This document shows, one piece after another, positions 43,663 through 54,900 of a stretch of 64,000 bases of DNA. Position numbers and translations under genes: made by a program. Position 1 is the first letter of the stretch. Each line of letters starts with the position of its first letter. The stretch is taken from the NCBI GenBank assembly GCA_965219095.1, contig CBDCMT010000001.1, positions 1,888,001 to 1,952,000 of the forward strand, given 5' to 3'. The DNA is from Bdellovibrionales bacterium (lineage in GTDB: Bacteria > Bdellovibrionota > Bdellovibrionia > Bdellovibrionales > UBA1609). The notes under the pieces are model-generated. The model ran no database searches, was not told where the DNA came from, and saw only the letters and a list, made by a program, of their open reading frames with translations.

Positions 43663-44034
43663 CCTGAGTTTGCCCTTTCAAATTTAGCTATTACTTTAAG
43701 TACCTGAAATAACTAGGTTTATGCACTGTTCCAATGAAAAAGACATACTACATTTTTCTACATACCAAAAGCTCTCCAATAAATATTCACAATTATGTTA
43801 TTTCATAGGCTCTTTCAGGAAACTCCTTTCCAAAGAGCTTATAAATTTTCTTAGCCTTTGCAGATAACTTACGAGGAAGGCCATAAGCTTTAGAGGGAAC
43901 TTTTACTCTATTTCGAATAATATTAGTCTCTACATCCTTAAGAGTCTCAATAAGCTCTTGGGAGCTAATATTCACCCCTGCTTCTTTTAAAGTTATTTCT
44001 GTACTTCTCAGAACCACATAAGCTAAAAAACAAA
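43663..44034 (-). mobile_element. IS1634-like C-terminal remnant
   Basis: LCFLAYVVLR...ELIETLK...KKIYKLFG; end CCTGAGTTTG. Confidence 0.65.
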
Positions 44035-44082
44035 GCCTCCTCAAAAGAACCTCCGGGAACCCACAGATTCTTTTGAGGAGGC
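44035..44082. mobile_element. 48-bp ISL3 mini element (two right-end TIRs)
   Basis: GCCTCCTCAAAAGAA...TTCTTTTGAGGAGGC. Confidence 0.85.
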
Positions 44083-44339
44083 TTAATTTATAAGTCTTTA
44101 AATCAGGAATTTTTTTGCTTTTAAGAGCCTTCTTCATTCACTTATTAATCTAGTGCTTTAGCCAGTAAATTTTTTTCATAACTTCACCTTAGAAGAACTG
44201 TAAAAGAATTAACTGGTCAGAACACTAGCATTGAATAAGATACTTTTCCAAAAGAAAAATTGCCTATTTTCAATTGTTTCCTAAAATTGATTTTTCAGAC
44301 CTTTTTAGCACTTAGGTGTAAACCTGAATAAGGCTCCCT

Positions 44340-44636
44340 TCTATCTTTTGAAAAATAAATGTCTCCATACACAGAAGACTTCCATTTTAAACAATCATTT
44401 AGTATAGTCTTCAAAAACATCTCTTCCCTCCGATGTTGGTTTGGTTTCCTTGATTAAACATTTTAAGGCATCTGGGAAGTAGATGCCTCTTTTTCATAGA
44501 TGATTTACCGATAGAGGCCAAGAGGTCTCAAAAAACTCAAAAATACAGACAGGAATCTTACTCTTACTTTGCTTGATATGACTCCCTTTTGGTGGATTTC
44601 TAACTACTTTTCACCCACAGATTTCCGGGAGGAGTC
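44340..44636 (-). mobile_element. Degraded ISL3 left end and transposase start
   Basis: Reverse-complement similarity to 41411..41750. Confidence 0.75.
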
Positions 44637-44698
44637 AATTTTTTTAAAATTCTGTAAAATGATTTGATTTCAATGAAGTTGTTTGATAAATTAGAACG

Positions 44699-45592
44699 AT
44701 GAAGTTAGATCAATTGAGCTATTTTTTGGAAACAGCACGACATGAGCATATTGGAAAGGCTTCAAAAATATTAGCTATCAGTCCCAGTGCTATAAGCCAT
44801 AGCCTTTCTTGTTTACAAGAGGAGTTAGGACAAGCTCTTTTTAAGAAAAGAGGGAAGAGAATCTTTCTAACCAGTCATGGTGAACTTTTAAAAAAAAGAG
44901 CTTTTGAGATTCTTACTCAGGTAGAGAAAGTAAAAGAGGAGGTTTCGTCAGATCATGTTCATTTATCGGGACATTATCGATTGGCAGCCAGTCATATGCT
45001 CTGCTCTCATATTTTAACTCCAGCTTGGAGTCAGATTCAAAATCAAAACTCTAAAATAACAGCAGAAATTTATACAAGAAGATCTTCCGAAGTTCTTAAA
45101 GGTATATTAGATGGCGAGTATAACTTGGGTTTATGTTTTAGTCCTCAAGAACACCCAGATGTTGAAATGATTCGTATTTTAGAGGGTGATCTTTTAATTT
45201 TTGCAAGGAAAAATCATCCAGTTTTCAAGGATTCTAAAGCACAACTGAAGAGAATTACAGAATATCCAGCTGTTTTACCAAAATCTTTTAGTGGTATTGA
45301 AATTTGTGAAACTCACCCTGTATTTAAAAGGTTTGATTTAATTCCTCATGTGGATTGTATGTTTGATAGTTACGAGATTGCTTTGAGAAAAATGCTTTCA
45401 TCAAATTCTTGGAGCCTTATGCCGGACCTTATGATTCAATATGCACACAAAAAAATTAAACCCATTAAAGTTCCTAGAGGTTGGGATGCTATGTACAATA
45501 TTTCAATTGTTTATCCTAAAAACAGACTTTTGACAAAAGCACTTATGCAAGTAGTAGAGTTAATTAAGGTACAACTTTTAGCAGTGAAGTAG
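44699..45592 (+). CDS. LysR-family transcriptional regulator
   Basis: N-terminal HTH (ASKILAISPSAISHSLSCLQEELGQALFKK), ~297 aa. Confidence 0.92.
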   Translation: MKLDQLSYFLETARHEHIGKASKILAISPSAISHSLSCLQEELGQALFKKRGKRIFLTSHGELLKKRAFEILTQVEKVKEEVSSDHVHLSGHYRLAASHMLCSHILTPAWSQIQNQNSKITAEIYTRRSSEVLKGILDGEYNLGLCFSPQEHPDVEMIRILEGDLLIFARKNHPVFKDSKAQLKRITEYPAVLPKSFSGIEICETHPVFKRFDLIPHVDCMFDSYEIALRKMLSSNSWSLMPDLMIQYAHKKIKPIKVPRGWDAMYNISIVYPKNRLLTKALMQVVELIKVQLLAVK

Positions 45593-45906
45593 AGGATGTT
45601 CATAGTTCCATTGAAGTTTGCAAAACACAAGCCCCCTTCAAAATAAGTCTTGAAGTAAAAAAAATTAAAAGAGGCCTTGCTTAATAGAATCGAGTTACCA
45701 ATAACCTATAAATTTTCTAAATGAGAAAAACATATTTAACATATTGATATGATGAAAAAACTCTACTCTTAGTTGTTTTTGAAGCAATATGTTAATTTTT
45801 TTAGAAAGTAAAAATTAGTTTGACAAAATTAGTAAAAAGGAATAACTTCAAAAAATAAAAGAAATATAGAGTAAAAAGTCTAACAAAATAAAAAAGGGAG
45901 GGGTTT

Positions 45907-46854
45907 ATGATAAAAACTGTTTTTATCATGGTTGTAGCGTTAGTTTTATCTTTTCAGAAAGGTGCTTTTACTTACGCTGCTCTCAGTCAAGATAGTGTTA
46001 ATCAAGATAGTGTAAGAAAAATTACAGAGTATTTAGGAAAATACAAAAAATATGAATATTGGGATTTTTTGCAGACCGAATTTCTTCTCCCTACTCATTC
46101 ACCACAGCTTGTTATAGGCTCTTCTATTGATTCAAACCATTATTTTGCTAAAAATTCTGTTTTGATCATTTTGGTTAGCGATGAAGGGACTGGTATTTGT
46201 TCTGGATCTGTTCTTACAAAACATTTCATACTCACAGCAGCTCATTGTCTTAAATCTGTTAACGAAGCTTATATTTTTACAAATAATCTTATTTCTACCA
46301 AAGATGTTGTCAAAGAGATCAGAAAAGGAATGGATGGAAAGTTTTTTAAGGTTACAAAAAACTCCTTTGAAGTGAGTCCATGCTACCATCCTAGTAATAA
46401 TTCTGCATGTGATATTGCAATGATTTTTGTTCCTGAAGCTTTAAATAAACATGATGTACAAGTCACTTCTGTAAGGCTTATTGGTTCTGGGTCTGGGCCT
46501 TATGTTTTGACTGGTTATGGGATGCCACCGAAAACAAGCAGGCCATCTAGCGATGAAGATGAGGTATGGGTATTAAGAGGAGTAGAAGTTGATTTGTTCT
46601 ATAATGACCAGGCCATTGTTTATACCCATAGAAGAAGATTTGGGCGGCACGTTGGTGTTGTACAAGGTGACTCAGGGGGCCCTATGTACGAAAAGGCAAG
46701 TGATGGAAGTTATGTGCAAGTAGGAGTCAATGTTGCTAAGTCTACTCATTATAATATTTCAGTAAAAGTCGATAGGCATCTATCTTGGATGCAAGGAATT
46801 ATGAAAAGTCGCACCGCTACTACTCTTAGTGCTGGATTAAATCTTGCAAATTAA
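45907..46854 (+). CDS. Secreted trypsin-like (S1) serine protease
   Basis: Signal peptide; CSG, LTAAHC, DIA, GDSGGP catalytic motifs. Confidence 0.92.
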   Translation: MIKTVFIMVVALVLSFQKGAFTYAALSQDSVNQDSVRKITEYLGKYKKYEYWDFLQTEFLLPTHSPQLVIGSSIDSNHYFAKNSVLIILVSDEGTGICSGSVLTKHFILTAAHCLKSVNEAYIFTNNLISTKDVVKEIRKGMDGKFFKVTKNSFEVSPCYHPSNNSACDIAMIFVPEALNKHDVQVTSVRLIGSGSGPYVLTGYGMPPKTSRPSSDEDEVWVLRGVEVDLFYNDQAIVYTHRRRFGRHVGVVQGDSGGPMYEKASDGSYVQVGVNVAKSTHYNISVKVDRHLSWMQGIMKSRTATTLSAGLNLAN

Positions 46855-46986
46855 GGTACAAAACTTTAGCAATGAAATAAGAGAGTCTGTAAATTAAATT
46901 GTGTAATTTACTGCTCAAAGCACTAGTTTTTACCATATTCTGCAAAATAAAAAATGTTAAAGTCTGGCTAATGAGTGAAAAAAACA

Positions 46987-47260
46987 ATGAGTCCCACAGT
47001 ATTTAGAAAAAATGGTTATCGATTTCGCTCTTCTTCTCTAGAGAAGAAGAGCGAAAGCATATCCATGTAACCTCAGCAGGGAGAGGCTAAGTTCTGGTTG
47101 GATCCAGAACTGAGTTGTCAAAAAACTTTCAATATATAGTGTGAATACGCTTAGATTTTCCTGTCGATTCTCTAGAGAAAAAACTTGAAAATCTAAATGG
47201 AAGCACTATATAAGAAAATAGCTTAGAATTATAGAGACGGTAATAGAGGAGAATTATAAT
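46987..47260 (+). pseudogene. DUF4160-family gene, frameshifted, with IS630-derived MITE (47137..47208)
   Basis: MSPTVFRKNGYRF...FFSREEERKHIHV...EAKFWL; MITE ends TAGTG...GGAAGCACTA in TA context. Confidence 0.75.
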
Positions 47261-47522
47261 GAAATCATCAAAGCTTGGCAAAAACACTTTGGCAGTTGAG
47301 GTAACCAATATATCTCAACATGGTATATGGCTTCTTACTCAAGGTTCAGAGTTTTTTATGTCTTTTCGTGATTTTCCATGGTTTAAAGCCCAAACAGTTG
47401 AAGCCATATTAAACGTAGAAGAAGTGTCTCCAAATCATTATTATTGGCCATTGATAGATGTTGATTTGAGTAAAGAAATTATAAAAAACTCTGACAGATT
47501 TCCTTTAAAAATAAAAACTTAA
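47259..47522 (+). CDS. DUF2442-family protein
   Basis: VTNISQHGIWL, FPWFK, YWPLIDVDL; typical partner of DUF4160. Confidence 0.8.
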   Translation: MKSSKLGKNTLAVEVTNISQHGIWLLTQGSEFFMSFRDFPWFKAQTVEAILNVEEVSPNHYYWPLIDVDLSKEIIKNSDRFPLKIKT

Positions 47523-47722
47523 GTTGTGCTAAAAAATCTGTTTGCATATGGGAGCGTTTTTTAAAGATGAAGTTGTAGGTGGCTCTTGGTTAGTTCGTTC
47601 TGTTTTGATAGCTTTGTATTCTGGAAGAAGTTCTTTTAAAAGAGATTCGTCTAAAGCTCTAACTAATTTTTCCCACTGAGGATGTTTCTTTGCAAAGTCT
47701 TTTAATAAAACTTTTTCTACTA

Positions 47723-48593
47723 GGGCGTGTCCTCATTTGACTGGACCTTTGCTTTGAAGTTTAAGCCAAATAAACATACACGCTATAGATAGTATAGCTT
47801 TGAAATTTCTAGCAAGCTTTTCAAATCGAGTAGCAATGCCTCTAAAATGTTTAAGACGAGCAAAAAGGTTTTCTATCTGATGTCGAGATTTATAAATATG
47901 ACGATCAAAATCTTTATTTTTCTTTTTGCTATTTTTTCGTCTCGGTATTACAGGCTTTATCTTCTTACTATGAGCTTTATCTCGTATCTCATCTGAATCA
48001 TAGGCCTTATCAGCAATCAAATACTCACTATGAAACTCATCAATTAAATCACCTGCAACTTGACTGTCGTGGACTTCACCCCCAGTGATTTTAAAACAGA
48101 GCGGATTTCCATGCGCATCGGAGGCCATGTGTATTTTTGTTGTGGTTCCGCCTCTAGATTTTCCCACAGCACGACTTTCTCCACGCCGAGCTCCACTAGC
48201 ATGCTGATGAACCGATACGTAACTTCCGTCGATGGACACCCACTCTGTATCAACGTCTTCTTGTAAAGTAAAAAAAAATTATTCCATAGCCCTTTTTGTG
48301 CCCATCTATTAAAGCGGTTATATGCTGTCTTCCAAGGACAGAACTGTTCAGGAATGTCACGCCACGGACTGCCTGTACGTAATTTTCATAAAATGGCTTC
48401 CATAATATTTCTATTGTTTGCTGAATGATAACAGCCCTTCCCTCTTATAATAGCTTCCAGATCCTTTCACATAGAATCTGTTAAAACTTTTCTTAACATA
48501 AATACCCCCTTTGTTATGAGCTTTTTACAATCTTTATAAATATTCAACAGGCCTAAGGTCTTGAAAAAGGTCTAGGCAAATGAGGACACGCCC
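47723..48593 (-). mobile_element. IS5-family (IS427-like) element, orfA with nonsense mutations
   Basis: TIR GGGCGTGTCCTCATTTG at both ends in CTAG context; IDGS, ADKAYD, IENLFARLK. Confidence 0.9.
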
Positions 48594-48666
48594 TAGAGTA
48601 CGTTGAAAATCATAGCTCCTTATTCTTATCAAGTCTTCAATCCAACCTGCCCATGTTATGGGGTAA

Positions 48667-51219
48667 TACCAATTACAGAAATTAATTCGACATTTTCATG
48701 TTCAAATTTAAAATTTTAAAATTGACTTAAGGAAAAGTTTCAATTAGGAGGCTTTAAAAAAGCTTTTTTTGAGGGGAGGTTAAGTTTTCATAAGATATGT
48801 TTATTTCAAGTATATCTATTTGTTGTGTGAATCGATTGATGGGTTAAAATAAGTGAGAGAAAGTGAGGTTAAAATTTAAAATGAAAAAAATCAGTTACAC
48901 AATTTAATTTATAGGTTCAAATTAATTTACAAGCTTGATTCATCTTGTTGTTTTGCCCAAGATCGAGTGCATAATTTTTTAATCCTGCCCTCCTGATCGC
49001 AAAAAGTATTCCAGGCCTCACAACAAGTATTCAGTATATAGTGCTTCCGTTTAGGTTTTCAGGTTCCTAAGATGGAGAAGTTATCAGTTATCAAAGTTTC
49101 TAATTTAGGCCTGTGTTTTCGTATTCCTCTAAAAAATTGACTTAAACTTCCCTTGAAATCGTCATAGTTTTCATAATATCGATTCGCTGTGACCTCTTTT
49201 TTCATAAACTTCCAAAGCCTTTCTATAGGATTTAAATTCGGTGAATACGGAGGAAGATAAACAAGTTTTATATTCAACTCTTTCGCTAACTTCTTGACAG
49301 ACTTCGATCTATTGTATCCGGCCCCATCTAAGATAAGATGAATCTCTTTTTCATCGGGATGCTTCTTGCGAAGATGATGGAGCATATCACATAGAAAAAC
49401 TTCGTTAACTGTCTTATAACTCCTGACTACCGTCTTCAAACTATTGATCTCAATAGCTCCACAAACATTCACTCTTTTTCTCCAGCCTGAATTGGTCTTC
49501 ACTTCAAACTTCTTACCCTCTCTTATCCAACCATATGAAATCGTAGGGCCCCACTCAGGATGTGTGGAATCAGCAAAGTAAACAGGACTGTCTTTCTTCT
49601 TAATTCTCTTGTATTTACGCACAAACTTTTTCTGCTCTTCTCTCTTTGCCTTACCTGGTATCGCTGTGGCTTTTTTATAAGAAAAACCAAGGCGATGGAG
49701 AAGATCAATCACACCACTTGTTGAGTACGTAACACTAAAATTCTCCTCAATGAATTGGATGACAGACTGTGATGATGGAAAAATTCTTTTCTCTAATTCC
49801 TTTAAAAGCATTTTCTCCTCTTTCTTAGTTAAAAAGGACCTTTTAGGGTTGTAATTGTCGTTGATTAAGCACTCTATCCCACCTTTGTTATAACGATTTC
49901 TACAGGCTCTTATCGTGCCCTCATCAATGAAAAGAAAACGGGAAATATCTTTACACAACTCACCTTTATCTAAATGGAGAATTGTCATAATCCTTTTTAC
50001 GTATTTAAGATTTTTCTCTAGAGATAGTTCATAGAGTAAATCTTTTCGCTCTTTTTTTGATAGAAACCCTGACATATGAAACTATTTTTAAAAATAAATG
50101 ACTTTTTATCAAGGCCTTAGAACAAAAACTAGACCTCAACTCAAAAAAAAACGGAAAACCTAAGCGGAAGCACTATATGGTCATAGTTTTTAAAACATGC
50201 ATTCGATAATTTGATCCTTCGTAATTGTTGCCAGACTTGTTCCATGGGATTTAATTCTGGACTATAAGGAGGTAAAGGCATCAGGGATAAATTCTTAGGA
50301 ACTATTAAAGTCTCTGTGGTATGCCAACTGGCTCTGTCCATTAAAACAATTCCATGATAGTTTTCTTGAATATTTTTAGATATCTCATCTAAGTGAATTT
50401 GCATCATCCCTGAATTACATTCCGGTAAAATCCAAGCACAGCCTTTATCTCTATCCGGACAAACTGCTCCAAAAATATAAGTGGATAAAAATTGTCTTTG
50501 TCTCACCACTCTAGGCCGTGTGCCTTTTCTTGCCCAAATCCTGCTTAAAGAACCTTGCTGAGCTTATTCTGCATTCATCCTGCCACCAAATCTCTATTTT
50601 ATGAGTCTGAATCTTTTCTTTTATTTTCTCCACCTCTTCTGGAAAATGTTCCTTAAACTGTTCCATAGCTTCTTAATGAACTTTTAGGATGAAGAGAACG
50701 ACCACTGATCCATACAATATTAAGGCGGTCTAAAGAAACATAAACCCCAGAAAGAGAATAGCAACAGTTAAATTCATCTGCTAAAAGTTTCTGTATTCCC
50801 TTTGCTCCTATGCTTCCTCCCTCTCTTTTGTCTTGAATTTCATCTAACTTGATTTTGAAGTTCTCTTCTTCTGTCACTGGCAAACGAGGCTTGCGTCCTC
50901 TGCCTTCTCGATCTATCAATCCCTCGTAATCAAAGTCTACAAAAAAAGACTGTAACCAGGATTTGATACTGTGACGGTGATACAAAACCATACCTGCTGT
51001 TTCTTGAATCGATTTTCCTTCTTGCATATGGTGCAAAGCCAATAATTTTGTCTTGATGTTGGCACTTCTTTCTACTTTGTAAGTAGCTAGAAAATTATAC
51101 CCTTGAATCTGTGTAACTAAATCTTTTTTCGACATGACTCTAAAAATTTAACAGAGTTTTATCAAAAAGCCAGGACGCAATACATTAAAAGAATGTCGAA
51201 TTAATTTTTGGAAATGGTA
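48667..51219 (-). mobile_element. Outer IS630-family element (ORFs 50653..51135, 50141..50509, tail 48927..49036)
   Basis: TIR TACCA(A/T)T...AATTAATTCGACA at both ends; LPPYSPELNPMEQVW; removing the inner IS restores YDHILNTCCEAWN. Confidence 0.8.
49039..50175 (-). mobile_element. Intact IS630-family element (transposase 49059..50075)
   Basis: TIR TAGTGCTTCCG(T/C)TTAGGTTTTC; TA duplication; FADS, ILDGAGYN, LNPIERLW. Confidence 0.95.
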
Positions 51220-51401
51220 TAAATCTCGAATTATGAAATCTTTTGACAAGAGGTCTATCATGGGTTCTTCGAAAATAGTATAGAGCCCTCGAAATCTTAA
51301 TCTTTCCATCATGGTTTTCTCAACTCAATGATCAAGTTGCAACTATCACATTTTAAGAATGATCCGACTTCAGCGTTTTCCACTACTAAAACTTCATAAA
51401 A

Positions 51402-51575
51402 CTGCCAGAAAACCTCCGGGAACCCACAGATTCTTTTGAAGAGGCAATTAGCCTCCTCAAAAGAATCTGTGGGTTCCCGGAGGTTCTGGCAGTTTTCCAA
51501 GGTTATGATATAAGGCGATTTTTATAGCTTTAGAGGTTCTAAAGCCGTAAGATTTTCTCATAGTGAGTTTTACTC
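51402..51575. mobile_element. Two ISL3 right ends head-to-head, 5-bp spacer
   Basis: ...TTTTGAAGAGGC-AATTA-GCCTCCTCAAAAG... Confidence 0.85.
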
Positions 51576-51838
51576 TTTCCTCTCGTAGCAGAACTTAAGA
51601 GGAGGGAAAATAACTGTTAGAACTCCTAGTAAAAAAATGGTTTTAAAAATAGCTTTTGTTTTCATATTCTTTATCTCCTTTCTTTTACTAACTTACTTTA
51701 TTAAGTAGTTTAATTTAAGGTTATAAAAAAATCAAGTAAAAAAGATTGATTATTACAATTTTAGAAAAATTATAATAATTTGCGAGCAGAGAAGTTTTGA
51801 AAGTGAGACAATTTTTGTCAGTGTATAAAGTTTATACA
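51568..51838 (-). pseudogene. Truncated paralogue of the 13491 gene with its upstream region
   Basis: Reverse-complement match to ~13317..13588; ATG at 51665; +1 frameshift; joined to ISL3 via AGTAAAAC. Confidence 0.9.
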
Positions 51839-51910
51839 CTTTTTTAAGCTACTCTTTGTAAAGTACTCCTTAAGAAATTGAGGTTTAAAAGCTTTTTAAA
51901 AGATCTCGAC

Positions 51911-51926
51911 TGGCATGAAAATTGCA
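51911..51926 (+). promoter_or_regulatory. sigma54 -24/-12 promoter
   Basis: TGGCATGAAAATTGCA matches TGGCACG-N4-TTGCW with exact spacing. Confidence 0.7.
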
Positions 51927-51959
51927 AGTTATTCTTATAGAAGACTTACAGGTTTTACA

Positions 51960-54900
51960 ATGAGAGCTTTTTTTTCATATTTCATCTTATTAAAATGTTT
52001 GCTTTTTACAGCTTTTTTCACACTAGATCCTTATCTGTCTTATGGAGAAGAGAAAAAAGAATTTACTTCTAATAAGGAAGAGAAAAAAGAACTTACTTAC
52101 GATGAAATCCAGAAACAATTAGAAGAGGAAATGGAGAAAAATCTACCGAAGGATCAAAAAAACCTCCCTCCTCAATGGAATAGAGAATTTGTAAAGAAAG
52201 TTCTCAAAAACACTGTGAAACGTTTTGGAAGAGACACTCTTCTTTTCTATTTGGCAGGAAATGTTTTAGAGGCTGTTAAGTACTCTACGCCACCTTTACG
52301 ACACTTATCGAATCCTGGTTATGTTTCTTCTCAGTGGGATCAACTTTTTACTGTTGAAGGAAATCTTCATTTTTTCACTTTTATTGGAATCAATGCTCTC
52401 TTATCAGAAATCTATAGCAAAAACCCCCTTGTGTTGCGAAATCAACTTATGTTAGCTCAAATGTTAGGGAACAAAAGACAAGCCTTCAAGTTGCAGTATG
52501 GAGCTATGGGACAGGGTTATGTTTTTATGGCCATAGCAGCTCTAGGAGGAGAGCTAGCAACTTTAGGTTATGAAGGAATTTCTAATTGCTCCCTATCTCA
52601 TTTATGGGTCAGTGCTTATGATTCTGTAAAGAGAAGAAGAAGTGGCGTTCAAGTTCTCATCCCTTCTCAGAGGGAAGAACGTTCCATGCACTGCAAAAAC
52701 TTTAAAAAACATTTTGGAAAAACGATTACTAATGTTGTGTACTCGAGTGTACCAACTTTGATCTCAGCAGCCATGCTCTCAAGCACTGCTCAAGGACTTT
52801 TTGTAACCTCCATGAGAGTAGCAAGCCATAAAATTGCTAAAAAACTACCTCTTAAACGTTCTTTCAAACCTCTTAAGTCTTTTATGAGATTCTTTCGTGT
52901 TTCTAATGATTCACCAAAACTTCAAAATATTGCAAAATACTTCAACAATTTCAAAACTATGATGAAGCTAGGACTTCACTTTACGATCTTTTTAGCAGCT
53001 ATGGAGATCATGCAAGATGTTATGGGAGATCCTTTAAGTAGTCAGTTAGAAAGCTGGTATTATGATCGAGCCAAACAAAAATTAAAAGAAAGCTCTTATG
53101 AAGAAAAACCTCAGGCTATAAAAGAGTTTTCAGAGGCCTCAGGAACTTGGGTCGATCATATAACTGCTATGTTGTATATAAGAAGAGCAGAATGGGAAAA
53201 AGATCTCGTTTGGTCTATGGATAGAGCTCAGTTTACTAAAAACGCCTATAAAGAAATTATCATTAAAATACGAGAGGATCGATTAAGAGAATCTGAAGTA
53301 AGGTATCAAGATATGGATATGGTGCCTAAAAAAATGGTTGATTTTCCACTAGAACTTCTGAGGGTAGACAGAGGAGAAATAGGTAATTCTTGCTCTGTAA
53401 GAGAAACAAGTGAGGGCTCTACAGACCTTTCTTTTGAAATGACAATACAAGAAGCAAAAAAACTTTTTCCCATAGCCACTAGAATGAAAGAGCAGTTTTT
53501 TGAAAAGAAGGTAGGGATTTCATGTGTAAATAAGGAGCCTTTTTCTAAAATACGAATAGACATCTCTTATCCTCATATTTACGAAACTGAGTGCCGTATT
53601 AAAATAGCAAGAAAGTATTTAAAGGCTAATGAATGTCGTTGGAGAAATAAACAAACCCCTTTTAAGACTCATCAAAAAAATCTTTTTATAAGAACCTTTC
53701 CTGAATCTCGAAAACTTCCTCAAAAACAACTTGTAAAAATAAAGGAAATTGAAAGTTTAGAAAAATACCTTTCTTCTGAAAGCAAAGAGGATTGGCTTTT
53801 AGCTTTTGAGACCTTAGAAAAAATTCAAAATCGAGAAGCTCTTTTCCAAGCTTGTCAAAAAGAGGATTTTTTCTCAGAGCATTGCCTATTTTATGAACTC
53901 TATGAAATCTTAGATTATCCTATTGTTCAGTCAAGGATGAAATTTTCATTTCAAAAAATTGATGAAAGTATCTTTCAAAAGTTTCTTGTAACATCAAATG
54001 GTTTTGGACAGTCTTTTTCCACCTACTTTACCTCTCATCCTGCAGAGCAAACTTTACAATACATGCATGATGATTATTATCGAAAAATGAAAGATTGGCA
54101 TCCTATAGACAAAAGTAAGGACTCTTTTGAACTTTTATCCGATTTATCAGAAAATTTAGATGGTTCTGGTTTGTTTAAGCTTACAGGAATTGAATCCATG
54201 AGGGATTCTATAAAAGGTTTTAATATGGATCAATTTGAAACAGACTTTTTCTCAGAAAAAGCTTTCTTTAGTATGCTCTGCGGAGTCAAACCTAAAGATT
54301 CTCTCATGGATACAACTTCTATAAGAAAAGAATTTCTGCCCCCTAAGATTGTTGAGGGAGGAAAGCTTTTCTGCGAAGGATTGAAAAGATCGATTATATC
54401 TATGAAATTAAACCACAAAAAATATGACTTCAACGAACTTTCTCAAAAACTTCTCTATGAAGGTCTTGATAGGCTAAAGCCTTTTGTTGCAAAACTAGAG
54501 TCAGGCTTTATAGAGAGCTGTGATTTTATTAACCCAGATCCAGGTCATTTTGGTAATACCAATGATTATGTTGAAAAGCGATTTAATTGTTGGTGGCAAA
54601 AGCATGTTTCAGAAGTAGCTTTTAGGCCTTTTTTTGAGACTCATTTTGATGACTACCAAAATTTCTTAAATGAAATGGTCATTCCTCATCTTTTTGGACA
54701 AAGCAAAGATAATCTAAGTCTTTTTGAGTACGAAAATAAAGACGAGAGACAAATTCCTTTTGAGGATCATACTCTTTCTCGTTATAAGAAAACAACGGCA
54801 GCTCTCTCTTACATGGTAGAAATAGATGCCTACATGGAATATGTACTAAAACCTCTTTACAAAAAAATCAATGAAAAAGAGGATGGAGATCAGTGCTTCA

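Noticed and set aside
43793..44137. 114-aa ORF as a real gene
   Set aside because: Chance fusion of an ISL3 mini element with an IS1634-like C-terminal fragment
48380..48499. Two TGA codons at Trp positions in IS5 orfA, suggesting TGA=Trp recoding
   Set aside because: Core genes use TGG for Trp and nuoM ends in TGA overlapping the nuoN ATG; simple G-to-A nonsense mutations explain it
51309..51500. 63-aa ORF
   Set aside because: Reads through the ISL3 end palindrome; not a credible gene
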